Shown in pieces: positions 10,657 through 20,220 of a stretch of DNA of 64,000 nucleotides. The stretch's first letter is position 1. The number at the start of each line of letters is the position of its first letter. The stretch is taken from the NCBI GenBank assembly GCA_031441465.1, contig JANOEP010000044.1, forward strand, positions 9,852 to 73,851, given 5' to 3'. Under the pieces are notes generated by a model, which searched no databases, had not been told where the DNA came from, and worked only from the letters and a program-made list of their open reading frames with translations. The DNA is from a bacterium (GTDB lineage Bacteria > Krumholzibacteriota > Krumholzibacteriia > LZORAL124-64-63). A program made the position numbers and the translations under genes.

Positions 10657-11250
10657 ATGCGATGCCGGATCCCCTCCACTCTGGTCCTGGTCGTCGCCCT
10701 GCTGACCGCGGCGAGCGGCGATCTGGCGCAGACCGACGCCTTCTGCATCAGCGAAAACGAGACGGGAACCGGAGGTTGGGGTTGCACCAACATCCCCGCC
10801 TTCGTGCCGACGAACATTTACCTGTGCCTGCTCCACCCGAGCGGGGAACAGGTCTTGGCCTGGGAGGCCAGGATCATTCACGACAACGCCACCGCCATGG
10901 TCGGCTCCTGGGTGGTCAACGGCGTGGATTCCCACCCGGACGCCGAGAATTTCGTCGTCACCTGCGTGGTCTCACCGCTGTATCCCAACCCGCAGGATAT
11001 CGTCGTGCTGGGCTCGATGCAGGTTATCGTCCTGAATCCGAGCGAGCGCATCGAGTTCTTCATCGGCCCGATTCCCGGATCCACGAACTTCCCCGCAGGC
11101 ACGCCCGGTTACGTCCACACGATGGGCATCAACACGCCCGCCACCGTGTGTAGCGGCGAATACGCTTTGCCGGTGTTCCACATCAACATGTGCCTCATGG
11201 ACGCGGTGGAGGAAGCCGACTGGGGTGCGATCAAGGCGCTGTACGAGTGA
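10657..11250 (+). CDS. Secreted protein (paralog of the N-terminal domain of 11388..13715) with WGxxKxxY tail
   Basis: GGGAG RBS, signal peptide, 'FVPTNIYLCLL...AWEARI...GPIPGS..FP.GTPGYVHT', ends ADWGAIKALYE. Confidence 0.8.
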   Translation: MRCRIPSTLVLVVALLTAASGDLAQTDAFCISENETGTGGWGCTNIPAFVPTNIYLCLLHPSGEQVLAWEARIIHDNATAMVGSWVVNGVDSHPDAENFVVTCVVSPLYPNPQDIVVLGSMQVIVLNPSERIEFFIGPIPGSTNFPAGTPGYVHTMGINTPATVCSGEYALPVFHINMCLMDAVEEADWGAIKALYE

Positions 11251-11387
11251 TGAGCGCTTCGTGCCGGCAAGGCCGTGATTCCCGCCGGCGTGCCGGCGTG
11301 CGTCCACCCGCGCCCGCTCAATCCGAGCGGCAACCAGATCATGGTCCTCGATGCCAGATTCACCGATCCCCATCACGGAGGCCATCC

Positions 11388-13715
11388 ATGAGCATGTCCA
11401 CCCGGTTCTACCTGACGATCTTCGCCGCCCTGCTCGCCCTGTCCGGCGCCGCGCTGGCGCAGCAGGACGCCTTCTGCATCTGCGTCGACCCGACGGATCC
11501 CGCCGAATGCGGCGGCAACGCCGACATCCCGATGTTCGTGCCGACGAACATCTACCTGTGCCTGCTCAATCCGAGCGGCAGCCCGGTCCGGGCCTGGGAG
11601 GCCCGGATCACGAACACCAACCAGTCGGGCATGATCGGAACCTGGGTGATGTCCGGGCTGGACGTCGACAACGACCCCATGGACTTCGTCATCGGCAACG
11701 GCGCCTCGCCGCTGGTCCCGAATGCGCAGGATGTCGTCGTGATGGGCTCGATGCAGGTCATCATCCTGAACGCCAGCACGCCCGTCGAATTCTATATCGG
11801 GCCGATCCCGGGTTCGGGCACGTTCCCGGGCGGCACCCCGGGCTACGTGCACACGCTAGGGTTCAACACGCCTGCGACCGTGTGCGGCGACGACTTCACA
11901 CAACCCGTCTTCAGCATCAACGGCGACAACCCGCCGCCCTTCGAGGACTCCTTCACCGTGACCATCTCGTCGACGCTCGGCGCCTACCACGACTTGAACA
12001 ACCTCGCCGGCATGGAAGCGAGCGCGACGGACGGCCTGGACCCAAACCTCGATATCCCCGAGCCGCCGGCCCCGCCGGCGGGATTCGCGTACCTGACCTT
12101 CCCGCATCCCGAGTGGGCCTCGCCTCTGGGTGACAATTTCCGCACGGATTACAGGGCGACCTACGTGCCGGCGACCACGACCAAGACCTGGTCGCTGCAT
12201 TTCACGACCGACCAGAGCGGCGTCGCGATGCTCGACTTCCAGCCGAGCTTCGACCAGACCGCGAACTGGGAGCTGACGTTGATCGACCTCGATTCCGGCG
12301 AGGTCGTGGATCTCTGGGGCGCAGGACTCGACTACTCGTTCAACGCCATGCCGGGTCAAGTCCGCCACCTGGAGCTGCTGGTGGGCCCGACCCAGATCCC
12401 GCCCCTCAGCCCAACGTCCAGCCTCCTGCCGACCGGTTGGTCTCTGGTGGGCATGCCCCTGCTGCCGGACGCGCCGGGCACCGTGGGCTCGGTGCTGCTG
12501 GACGACATCGTCAGCCCCACGTTCGTCTACAGCCACACGGTGAGCTCCGGCTACCAGCAGCAGTTGCCGAACGACGTCATGCGGCAGGGCAAGGGCTACT
12601 GGGTGGGCGCGAACAACCCCTTCACCTGGACGATGGAGGGGCAGCGCGACCTCAACGGCGCCTCGTTGGTCCTGAACAGCGGCTGGAACCTGCTCGGCGC
12701 GCCGTTGTGGACCGCCATGAGTATCGACGACATCAAGGTCGACTACCAGGGCACCCGTTACGACTACGCGACGGCGGTCCAGATGGGCCTCGTCGGCAGC
12801 TACGTCTATTTCTACCAGACCTCGACGGGCACCTACGTGACCCGGTCCACCCTCCATCCCTGGCACGGTTACTGGGTACCCGCCTACATGAGCGGCGTCA
12901 GCCTGTGGTTCCACTACACCAACATCGGCCCCGACAAATCCACCCCGGCCGCCCCGATCTTCGAACCGAACGACCTGAACTGGCGCCTGAGCCTCGGCCT
13001 CGAGGGCAACCCCGAGTCCGTGGTCGTCGGTCGCCTCGAGAAGGCCGCCGACGGCTTCGACGCCGCCTGGGACCAGCCCCGCCCGCCGCGCGCGCCGGTC
13101 GCCGCGTCCCGGCCGGAGCTGTGGCTCGACGGTTCGGCCCTGCACCTCAGCACCGGCGACCAGCTCACGTCCGACTACCGCGCCGCGACGGACGCGGACG
13201 TGGCCTGGGACCTCGTCGTCACCGCGCCCGCGCCTGGGCCGGTCACGCTGCGCTGGGACGCCGCGGAGTGGGGCGGCCGCGAAGATCTGCAGCTGTACCT
13301 GCCCCACCAGAACCGCGTCGCGGTGATGTCGATGCGCGAGCGGTCGAGCTTGACACTCGATGTGGGCGCCGCGCCGATGATCGTGCGCCTGCGCACGCCG
13401 GACCTGTCGACCGGCGCGCCGGAGGTTGTCGCGGGCAGTTATCTGCTGCGCGCGGTGCCGAACCCGTTCAACCCGCGCACCGAGATCGTGATGACGCTGC
13501 CGCGCGCCGGCAAGGCCGAGGTGCGGGTCCACGACGTTCTCGGTCGCGTGGTGAAGCGCTTCGCGGTCGACGCGGCCGTGGCCGGGGAGAACCGCGTCAC
13601 CTGGCTGGGCACCGACGATCGCGGCCGTGACGTGGCCAGCGGCGCGTACTTCGCGGCGCTCTACGTGGATGGGGCCGCGTCGGGCGCGGTGGTCCGGTTG
13701 AGCCTGGTGCGCTGA
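11388..13715 (+). CDS. Secreted multidomain protein with C-terminal FlgD-Ig/T9SS-like domain
   Basis: GGAGG RBS and signal peptide. N-domain closely similar to 10657..11250. Two 'ATDGLD..DIPEPP' / 'AADGFD..DQPRPP' modules, GWSLVG/GWNLLG repeats, PNPFNP CTD. Confidence 0.85.
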   Translation: MSMSTRFYLTIFAALLALSGAALAQQDAFCICVDPTDPAECGGNADIPMFVPTNIYLCLLNPSGSPVRAWEARITNTNQSGMIGTWVMSGLDVDNDPMDFVIGNGASPLVPNAQDVVVMGSMQVIILNASTPVEFYIGPIPGSGTFPGGTPGYVHTLGFNTPATVCGDDFTQPVFSINGDNPPPFEDSFTVTISSTLGAYHDLNNLAGMEASATDGLDPNLDIPEPPAPPAGFAYLTFPHPEWASPLGDNFRTDYRATYVPATTTKTWSLHFTTDQSGVAMLDFQPSFDQTANWELTLIDLDSGEVVDLWGAGLDYSFNAMPGQVRHLELLVGPTQIPPLSPTSSLLPTGWSLVGMPLLPDAPGTVGSVLLDDIVSPTFVYSHTVSSGYQQQLPNDVMRQGKGYWVGANNPFTWTMEGQRDLNGASLVLNSGWNLLGAPLWTAMSIDDIKVDYQGTRYDYATAVQMGLVGSYVYFYQTSTGTYVTRSTLHPWHGYWVPAYMSGVSLWFHYTNIGPDKSTPAAPIFEPNDLNWRLSLGLEGNPESVVVGRLEKAADGFDAAWDQPRPPRAPVAASRPELWLDGSALHLSTGDQLTSDYRAATDADVAWDLVVTAPAPGPVTLRWDAAEWGGREDLQLYLPHQNRVAVMSMRERSSLTLDVGAAPMIVRLRTPDLSTGAPEVVAGSYLLRAVPNPFNPRTEIVMTLPRAGKAEVRVHDVLGRVVKRFAVDAAVAGENRVTWLGTDDRGRDVASGAYFAALYVDGAASGAVVRLSLVR

Positions 13716-13733
13716 GGCGCCGGGTGGTCGTTG

Positions 13734-13773
13734 GGCGGCGGGGCAGCTGCGGCTTGTCCCGCCGCCGTCTTTT
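13734..13773 (+). terminator. Intrinsic terminator
   Basis: GGCGGCGGG...CCCGCCGCC stem followed by GTCTTTT. Confidence 0.55.
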
Positions 13774-13816
13774 CAGTAAGGTGATCCCGGACCGCCACCG
13801 CCCCGCCGCCGGAGGG

Positions 13817-14419
13817 ATGCCGATGCGTTTCCCGCGCCCCGCGCCTGCCCTGTTCTTCGCCCTGATGCTCGGCGCCGCCGCCGCCGCGTCGGCCCAGTCC
13901 GACGTGTTCTGCGTTTGCACCGACGCCACGACCGGAACCTGCGGCGGGAACCTCGAGGTGAGCGTGCCGGGGTCGTGCACCGTCTATCTGGTGCTCGCGC
14001 AGCCGTCGGGGTCGCCGGTGATGGCCTGGGAGGCCCGGGTGACCGTCGAGGGGTCGGCCACCTACGTGGGCGGCTGGACGCTGGCGGCCGGCTTGAACGT
14101 GGGCAGCGGCGACAACTACACCGTCGGACTGCAACTGGGCGGCCTGAACGGCCTGATGCCCAACGGCGTCGGCTTGGTGCCGCTGATGTCCATGACCGTG
14201 ATGCTGCTGGGGGAGGGCCCGCTGCTCTTCAAGGTGGGGCCCGTGCCCGGCTCGGCCAGTTTCCCGGACGGGACGCCCGGCTACCTGGTGGGCGCGGACA
14301 CCCTGAAGCCGGCGTCGGTCTGCAGCGGCTCTTTCGACCGGGCCGTGTTCACCCTGAACAACGGCGACGCCGACGAGCAAGGCACCTGGGGCGAGGTCAA
14401 AACCCTGTATTCGCACTGA
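13817..14419 (+). CDS. Secreted protein (same domain family as 10657..11250) with WGxxKxxY tail
   Basis: GGAGGG RBS (start 13817 or 13823), signal peptide, 'PSGSPVMAWEARV', 'GPVPGSASFPDGTPGY', ends GTWGEVKTLYSH. Confidence 0.8.
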   Translation: MPMRFPRPAPALFFALMLGAAAAASAQSDVFCVCTDATTGTCGGNLEVSVPGSCTVYLVLAQPSGSPVMAWEARVTVEGSATYVGGWTLAAGLNVGSGDNYTVGLQLGGLNGLMPNGVGLVPLMSMTVMLLGEGPLLFKVGPVPGSASFPDGTPGYLVGADTLKPASVCSGSFDRAVFTLNNGDADEQGTWGEVKTLYSH

Positions 14420-14543
14420 TTCCGCTGCCCGCCACCCGCTCCGGACCCGCCGATCACAGCATTTTCTGCTCAACCGTGAGAACCGCCGGCCGATCATCTC
14501 CTGCGATCGCCCAGAAAGGCATGTCCTCAACCGCGAGCGAGCC

Positions 14544-15185
14544 ATGCAAGAAACCAACGTCGCCGTTGCCGTCCCCGCCTTCACCGGCGCGGCCCCCGAT
14601 TCCCTGCTCGACGTCTTCCAGGACCAGATCCGTCCCGGCGGGAGGATCCTCGACTTCGGGTCCGGCGACGACCGCCGTGACCTGTACCTGGCTTCTGAGG
14701 GTTACCGCGTCACCGTACTCGCCGGGTCCGCCGAGGCCGAGTCGCGCCTGAACGAGGCCGCGGCCGCCGACGGCCTGGACCTCGTCGCGCTTCGGGAATC
14801 GTTCCTGGAGCACGATCCCGGGACGCAGCCGTACGACGCGCTGCTCTGCTACGACCTGCTGCCGCGCCTGTCGCGCACGGACAACGCCAGCCTGCTGCAC
14901 CGCATCTTCAGCTGGACGGCGCACGGGTCGCTGCTGTTCCTGACGGCACGGCACGTGGACGACACGTCCTACGACGAGGTGAGCGCGACGTGGGAGAAGG
15001 CGGGCCTGCACAGCTTCCGCGGTCCGGACGGCGAGTACCGCACCTACCTGGCGCGCGGCGTCGTGCGCAACCTGTTCCGTGGCTGGAACACGCTGCACCA
15101 TCGGGAATCCATGTCGCTGGTCGACGGGAGTGCGGCCGATGGACCCAGGGCGGGGAGGATCGAACTCGTGGCGAGGCGCCGCTAG
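14544..15185 (+). CDS. Class I SAM-dependent methyltransferase (TehB-like)
   Basis: Motif I 'RILDFGSGDDR', post-II 'YDALLC'. Confidence 0.7.
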   Translation: MQETNVAVAVPAFTGAAPDSLLDVFQDQIRPGGRILDFGSGDDRRDLYLASEGYRVTVLAGSAEAESRLNEAAAADGLDLVALRESFLEHDPGTQPYDALLCYDLLPRLSRTDNASLLHRIFSWTAHGSLLFLTARHVDDTSYDEVSATWEKAGLHSFRGPDGEYRTYLARGVVRNLFRGWNTLHHRESMSLVDGSAADGPRAGRIELVARRR

Positions 15186-15538
15186 ATCAGCGGCGCCCCG
15201 CCACGTCAACCCCCACCTGCACTGCTGGAGCGTGAGACTGGGAAGGCCGGAACTCCCCCGAATGGCCCTCGCCCGTAGGTCATTCTCGAAAAAGGAGTTC
15301 CGGCCAAGGATGTGAAGGAGGTTCGGGTCGCGACTCGCTAGCGCTTCGCACAGTGTTTCGGATACTGCCCGCAATCGAATGGTATGCCCCCCACACCCAC
15401 TCCGACATCATCTATAAGCACGAACCCGGCGGGACGTTGCATGGCTTCGGCGGTTTTCCGCAATATTTTCACATTCCGGTATCCCGATAAGTGTATGCTA
15501 TGAAAAGCCCTCGCCCGGCCGACGGGAGAATGAAGCGC

Positions 15539-15724
15539 ATGATCAAGATCGTCGAACCAGACCACCGCCCCGAGATCCTCACCCCGCGTGCCGACGGGAC
15601 GTGCGGTTGCTCGTGTGCCTGTAATTGTGCGACTGGAGATCAGGCCGGGAACCAGTCGATCAAATCACCCAAGAGCGATATCATCTCATTTCCGGTCATC
15701 CACGGGAAGCGTGACGGCGCCTGA
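15539..15724 (+). CDS. Putative Cys-rich RiPP precursor peptide (CGCSCACNC core), 61 aa
   Basis: GGGAG RBS 10 nt before ATG 15539. Sequence MIKIVEPDHRPEILTPRADGTCGCSCACNCATGDQAGNQSIKSPKSDIISFPVIHGKRDGA. Overlaps the radical SAM start. Confidence 0.72.
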   Translation: MIKIVEPDHRPEILTPRADGTCGCSCACNCATGDQAGNQSIKSPKSDIISFPVIHGKRDGA

Positions 15725-17162
15725 GTCCGGCCGCCCGCTCTGCCGGGTCTTCCAGCACGGGGGCCGGAGCTATGTCTACGACGCCGGGGCTGATCAGGTC
15801 GTCGAGGTGTCGGCGTCCGTCGCCTCGTGGCTGGATGCAGCGATGTCCTATCCGGACTGGATCGCCGCCGATGCCGCCGTCGAGGCAGAGATCGTGCAGG
15901 CCCGCGTCGTGCACGGCCTGTTCCGCACCGGGCGCCCGCGCCTGGTCGCGAAGCGATCCGGTCGGAATCGCGCCGCCGACGATGCCGGCCGCATCTCACA
16001 AATGACCCTCACCCTGGACGAGCGCTGCAACCTGCGCTGCGCCTACTGCCCGCACACGCTCGCCGCCCCCTGGACGCGACCTCACGGCGAGCGGCGGATG
16101 TCGGAAGATACGGTGCGGGCCGCTGTGGATCTGTTCCTGGCGTGTGCGGACGGCGGTTCGCCGTCGATATCGCTTTACGGCGGCGAGCCCCTGCTGGCGC
16201 CGGGACTCGTCCGCGTGGTCGCGGACCTGGTCCACGCGGCACGGCGGCCCGGAATCCGGATCATCCTGGACACCAACGGCACCCTGCTCGATGACGCGAT
16301 GGTGGAGATCGTCGCCGTACGGGGTCTGTACCTGCAGGTGAGCTTGGATGGTCCGGCGCCGATCCACGACCGCTGGCGCACCACGGTCGACGGCCGTCCC
16401 ACGCACGCCGCGGTGATGGCGGGCCTGGAACGCCTGCTCGCTCGGGATCCCGCAGCGGCAGGCCGGTTGCAGTTCCAGGCGACGCTGGCGCCCGGCAGCG
16501 ATATGCTGGAGGCCGACGCCTTCTTCGTGGAGCTGGGCCGCGAGTTGGGCCTCGCCGACATGTCGGTGGGTGCGTCCTATGCGGACATCCCAGGGATGGT
16601 CGAGGCCGACCCGACCGCGACCTCGCCGGAAGCGGGCGGGTGGGAGCGGGCACGCGCCGTGTACGTCGAGGCCTGCTCGTCTGGTCGCCACGCCGACTTG
16701 GGGCCGCTGGTGCAAGCTTGGTTCGACGGCCCCCTGATCCGTTTCTACCACCGCGAAGCAGAACCGTTGGCCTCGACCTTCCGGCCGGGCGGCGTCTGCA
16801 CGCCCGGTCTGCGCCGCCTCCACGTTTGCAGCGACGGCACGCTGCAGCCTTGCGAACGCGTGGGCACGGCGTTCGGCCTCGGCGACGTGCGGCGCGGGTT
16901 CGATCTCGACGCCGTGGACCGGCTCGAGCAGGCGTGGTTCGATGCCCTCGGCGGCCGGTGCGCGGACTGCTGGGCGCTTCGCCACTGCAGCCTCTGCTTC
17001 ACGGCGATGATCGACAGGGAGTCGGGCTGCGTGGGCGCCGTGCCGGAATCGGCTTGCCAAGACGTCAGGAAGGAGTTCGAAGGCACGCTGCGCTTGTGGG
17101 TGGAGCTGCTGGCGCGCAACCCGCGGGCCCTGGATCACCTGAGGGGCAGCAGCGTCAGTTGA
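15711..17162 (+). CDS. Radical SAM/SPASM peptide maturase (CcpM-like)
   Basis: CNLRCAYC, YGGEPLL, VSLDGP. SPASM 'GGVCTPGLRRLHV..DG.LQPCERV...CADCWALRHCSLC...C'. N-terminal RRE-like segment 'YVYDAGADQVVEVS'. Confidence 0.88.
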   Translation: MTAPESGRPLCRVFQHGGRSYVYDAGADQVVEVSASVASWLDAAMSYPDWIAADAAVEAEIVQARVVHGLFRTGRPRLVAKRSGRNRAADDAGRISQMTLTLDERCNLRCAYCPHTLAAPWTRPHGERRMSEDTVRAAVDLFLACADGGSPSISLYGGEPLLAPGLVRVVADLVHAARRPGIRIILDTNGTLLDDAMVEIVAVRGLYLQVSLDGPAPIHDRWRTTVDGRPTHAAVMAGLERLLARDPAAAGRLQFQATLAPGSDMLEADAFFVELGRELGLADMSVGASYADIPGMVEADPTATSPEAGGWERARAVYVEACSSGRHADLGPLVQAWFDGPLIRFYHREAEPLASTFRPGGVCTPGLRRLHVCSDGTLQPCERVGTAFGLGDVRRGFDLDAVDRLEQAWFDALGGRCADCWALRHCSLCFTAMIDRESGCVGAVPESACQDVRKEFEGTLRLWVELLARNPRALDHLRGSSVS

Positions 17163-17859
17163 GCGGGGTGCCCTGATGGAAGGTGATCACGCCGCATTCC
17201 GGCACGTCGAACTGCCAGGACGAGAACGCCACCGGCGTGCCGTTGAGCATGATGGTGTCCATTGGCGCGGGACCCAGGGTGCCCCGGTAGGCCGCCAGGC
17301 CGATCTCCCGGTAGCGGGGGCTCTGGAAGAACTCGCGGAGCTGCTCGTTGTCCTCGATCTCGCCGATGCTGACCGGGAAGGTGTTCGCTTTGTCCACTCC
17401 GTACGCCAAGTGGTATTCCGTTTTCCCCTTGTACGACAGGCCGAAAGCATGGGCCAAGGGCAACAGCCCCTCTAGGTATGACTGCTGCAGCTCTTCCATC
17501 GCCAGTCGTAGAGACTCGAGTTCTGCGCTGGCGTAGGGCACGCGCACCCCGTCGGCGGTGCTGCGACTGAATCCGAAGGAGGCCTTGGCGTCCCGGGTGG
17601 ACGAAAGGGATGCTGTACCGTCATCGTGGATCTGCATGACGTCGAGACGGAGCCCCGTTGATTCCAGCGCCGGCTGATTGGCGAAGGTCGCGCCCAGCAT
17701 CACCGCCACGATCGCGAACGCGACCAGGGGTCGCGAGGTCCGCCGGTCGCTGATACGCCTCCGCAGTTCCGCCCGCAGCGCCTCCTTGTGCTCGGAGTCG
17801 AGCCGGGGCGAGATGCGCGTCCCGCTCAGCCTGCGTTCGAGATCGTCGTGGTCAGACAT
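17155..17859 (-). CDS. Putative anti-sigma factor (single TM, extracytoplasmic C-domain)
   Basis: Start overlaps the ECF stop. Short charged N-terminus, then TM 'PLVAFAIVAVMLGATFA'. Confidence 0.6.
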   Translation of the reverse strand: MSDHDDLERRLSGTRISPRLDSEHKEALRAELRRRISDRRTSRPLVAFAIVAVMLGATFANQPALESTGLRLDVMQIHDDGTASLSSTRDAKASFGFSRSTADGVRVPYASAELESLRLAMEELQQSYLEGLLPLAHAFGLSYKGKTEYHLAYGVDKANTFPVSIGEIEDNEQLREFFQSPRYREIGLAAYRGTLGPAPMDTIMLNGTPVAFSSWQFDVPECGVITFHQGTPLN

Positions 17860-18523
17860 GCCGGTCGTTCCCATCCCAGTGTTTGTCCCGGCCGTCCTCC
17901 ATGGCGCCGCGCAGCTTGCCGAGCGTGCGGTGCAGCCGGGACTTCATGGTGCCCTCGGGGACGCCGTAGATCGCGGCGATCTCCTTCACGGGCAGGTCTT
18001 CGTAGATGCGCAGGGCGAGCCAGTTCCGTTCTTCGTGCGTCAGTTCGCTGAGATACCGGTCGAGCCGGAAGCGCTGCCGGGCCTTTTCCAGCTTCAGGGC
18101 GGGACTCGACTCGCTGTCCGCGAGCACTTCCTCGCCCAGGACGTTCAGGGGCGTGAACCAGGACTGCTGCCGTTGCGCCAGCTTGAAGTGGCGGTTCAGC
18201 CGGTTGATCGCGATCCGATAGAGCCACGCCTGGAACGGTTTGCTCTGCCACCGGAACTGCCACAGCCGGCTCAGGGCGAGGTGGAACACGTCGGCGGTCA
18301 GGTCCTGGGCGTCCACCCGGTTCAGGAGCCGGTTGTAGAGGAAACGAAAGATCCGATCGTAGTAATACTCATACAAGTAGTCGAACGCATCGGCATCGAT
18401 CTTGGCGCTCTGGATGCGGAGCCGCTCGTACTCGAGCCGCTGGGGATCGTCCACCGCGGCCGTCTTCGGATCGAAGACAACCGCAAGCCCCGGCCGCAGC
18501 CCAGGATGTTCCTCTCGTGCCAT
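17852..18523 (-). CDS. ECF RNA polymerase sigma factor
   Basis: 'DAQDLTADVF', 'FQAWLYRIAIN', 'EIAAIYGVPEGTMKSRLHR'. Start approximate. Confidence 0.9.
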   Translation of the reverse strand: MAREEHPGLRPGLAVVFDPKTAAVDDPQRLEYERLRIQSAKIDADAFDYLYEYYYDRIFRFLYNRLLNRVDAQDLTADVFHLALSRLWQFRWQSKPFQAWLYRIAINRLNRHFKLAQRQQSWFTPLNVLGEEVLADSESSPALKLEKARQRFRLDRYLSELTHEERNWLALRIYEDLPVKEIAAIYGVPEGTMKSRLHRTLGKLRGAMEDGRDKHWDGNDRHV

Positions 18524-18675
18524 TACAATGACGATGTCCCGGATCGGTTGCCACAAATGAGCGGTCGCGGGGGCGGGTTCTCGATTTGCCGCCCGGTGAC
18601 GACTCTGCTACGTTCTCGGTTGAATATACCACATCGGGCGCCGTCGTGGCGCGTCGTTCCCCGAAAGGCCCCGTC

Positions 18676-20220
18676 ATGGCCGAGCTTCCCGCCAGGAACC
18701 TCAAGGCGTTCATCGCCTTGCTCGAGCAGGCCGGCGACCTGGTGCGCGTCCGGGAGCCCGTCGATCCCGTCCTGGAGGCCGGCGAGATCGCCGACCGCTT
18801 CGTCAAGGCCGGCGAGGGCCCCGCCCTGCTCTTCGAGGACCCGCGCCCCGGCCGCTGGAGCGAGCGGGCCGGCCGGACGGCCCGGGCCACGGCGTCCGAC
18901 GGCCGGCCGGTGCCCCTGGCCATGAACCTGTTCGCCTCGCGCCGCCGCATGGCCTGGGCCCTGGGCTGCGAGTCGTTGGAGGAGGCCGTCGCCCGGGTGC
19001 GCGAGCCCCTGGAACTCGCTCCCCCTGAGGGGCTTTGGGAGAAGTTGAAGCTGCTGGGCAAGGCCCGCGACTGGAGCGCCGGCCTGCCCCGCTCGGTGGC
19101 CGGCGGACCCTGCCAGGAGGTCGTGGTCCGGGGCGAGGAGCTGGACCGCCGCGGCATCCTGGACCTGATGCCCGTGCTGACGACTTGGCCGCAGGACGGC
19201 GGTCCCTTCATCACCCTGCCGCTGGTCATCACCCGCAACCCCGAGACCGGCCGGCGCAACATCGGCATGTACCGGCTGCAGGTCTTCGACGGCCGCACCA
19301 CCGGCATGCACTGGCAGCTGCACAAGACCGGCGCCGACCACTACCGCGCCTACGAACGGCGCTGCGAGCGCATGCCCGTCTGCGTGGCGCTCGGCGGGCC
19401 GCCGTCGCTGACCTACGCCGCGACGGCGCCGCTGCCGCCGGAGATCGACGAGTCGATGTTCGCGGGCTTCCTGCAGGGCGCCCCGATCGCCTGGACCAAG
19501 GCCCTCACCTGCGACCTGGAAGTGCCGGCCGAGGCCGACTTCGTGCTGGAGGGCTACGTCGATCCCGGCGAGCGCCGCCGCGAGGGGCCGTTCGGCGACC
19601 ATACCGGTTTCTACACCCTGCCCGAGGAGTTCCCGGTCTTCCACGTGACCGCGATCACCTCGCGCCGCGATCCCGTCTACCCGTCGACCATCGTGGGCAT
19701 CCCGCCCATGGAGGACAAGTGGCTGGGTTGGGCCACCGAACGCCTGTTCCTGCCGCTGATGCAGAAGCCGCTGCCCGAGGTCGTCGACTACCACCTGCCG
19801 CCGGCCGCCTGCTTCCACAACCTGGCGATCGTGGCGATCCGCAAGCAGTACCCCGGGCACGCGCGCAAGGTCTGCCACGCGCTGTGGGGGATGGGCCAGA
19901 TGATGTTCTGCAAGACCATCGTGGTGGTCGACGCCGAGGTCGACGTCCACGACCCATCCGGCGTGCTGTGGCGCGTGACCAACTCCATCGACCCCAAGCG
20001 CGACACGTTCTTCGTCGACGGGCCCGTCGACCACCTCGACCACGCCGTGAACGTCCAGTTCCTGGGCGGCAAGATGGGGATCGACGCCACCGCGAAGTGG
20101 GAGGGCGAGGACGGCTACCGGCGCGAGTGGCCGCCGATCGTGCGCATGGACGACGCGGTCAAGCTCGATGTCGCGGAGCGCTGGCGCGACCTCCTGGCAC
20201 AGGCGGGGCGGCAGAAGTGA
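18676..20220 (+). CDS. ubiD: UbiD-family decarboxylase (menaquinone futalosine pathway, MqnL-like)
   Basis: 'WPQDGGPFIT', 'NIGMYRLQ', 'EGPFGDHTGFY', 'KMGIDAT'. Confidence 0.93.
   Translation: MAELPARNLKAFIALLEQAGDLVRVREPVDPVLEAGEIADRFVKAGEGPALLFEDPRPGRWSERAGRTARATASDGRPVPLAMNLFASRRRMAWALGCESLEEAVARVREPLELAPPEGLWEKLKLLGKARDWSAGLPRSVAGGPCQEVVVRGEELDRRGILDLMPVLTTWPQDGGPFITLPLVITRNPETGRRNIGMYRLQVFDGRTTGMHWQLHKTGADHYRAYERRCERMPVCVALGGPPSLTYAATAPLPPEIDESMFAGFLQGAPIAWTKALTCDLEVPAEADFVLEGYVDPGERRREGPFGDHTGFYTLPEEFPVFHVTAITSRRDPVYPSTIVGIPPMEDKWLGWATERLFLPLMQKPLPEVVDYHLPPAACFHNLAIVAIRKQYPGHARKVCHALWGMGQMMFCKTIVVVDAEVDVHDPSGVLWRVTNSIDPKRDTFFVDGPVDHLDHAVNVQFLGGKMGIDATAKWEGEDGYRREWPPIVRMDDAVKLDVAERWRDLLAQAGRQK

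Noticed and set aside
14544..15185. Methyltransferase as a RiPP tailoring enzyme
   Set aside because: It is separated from the precursor by ~350 nt with AT-rich promoter-like sequence and looks like a generic TehB-like enzyme; there is no evidence of linkage.
19035..20216. Apparent 649-aa methyltransferase fusion
   Set aside because: The upstream part is off-frame ubiD sequence; menG starts at GTG 20217.
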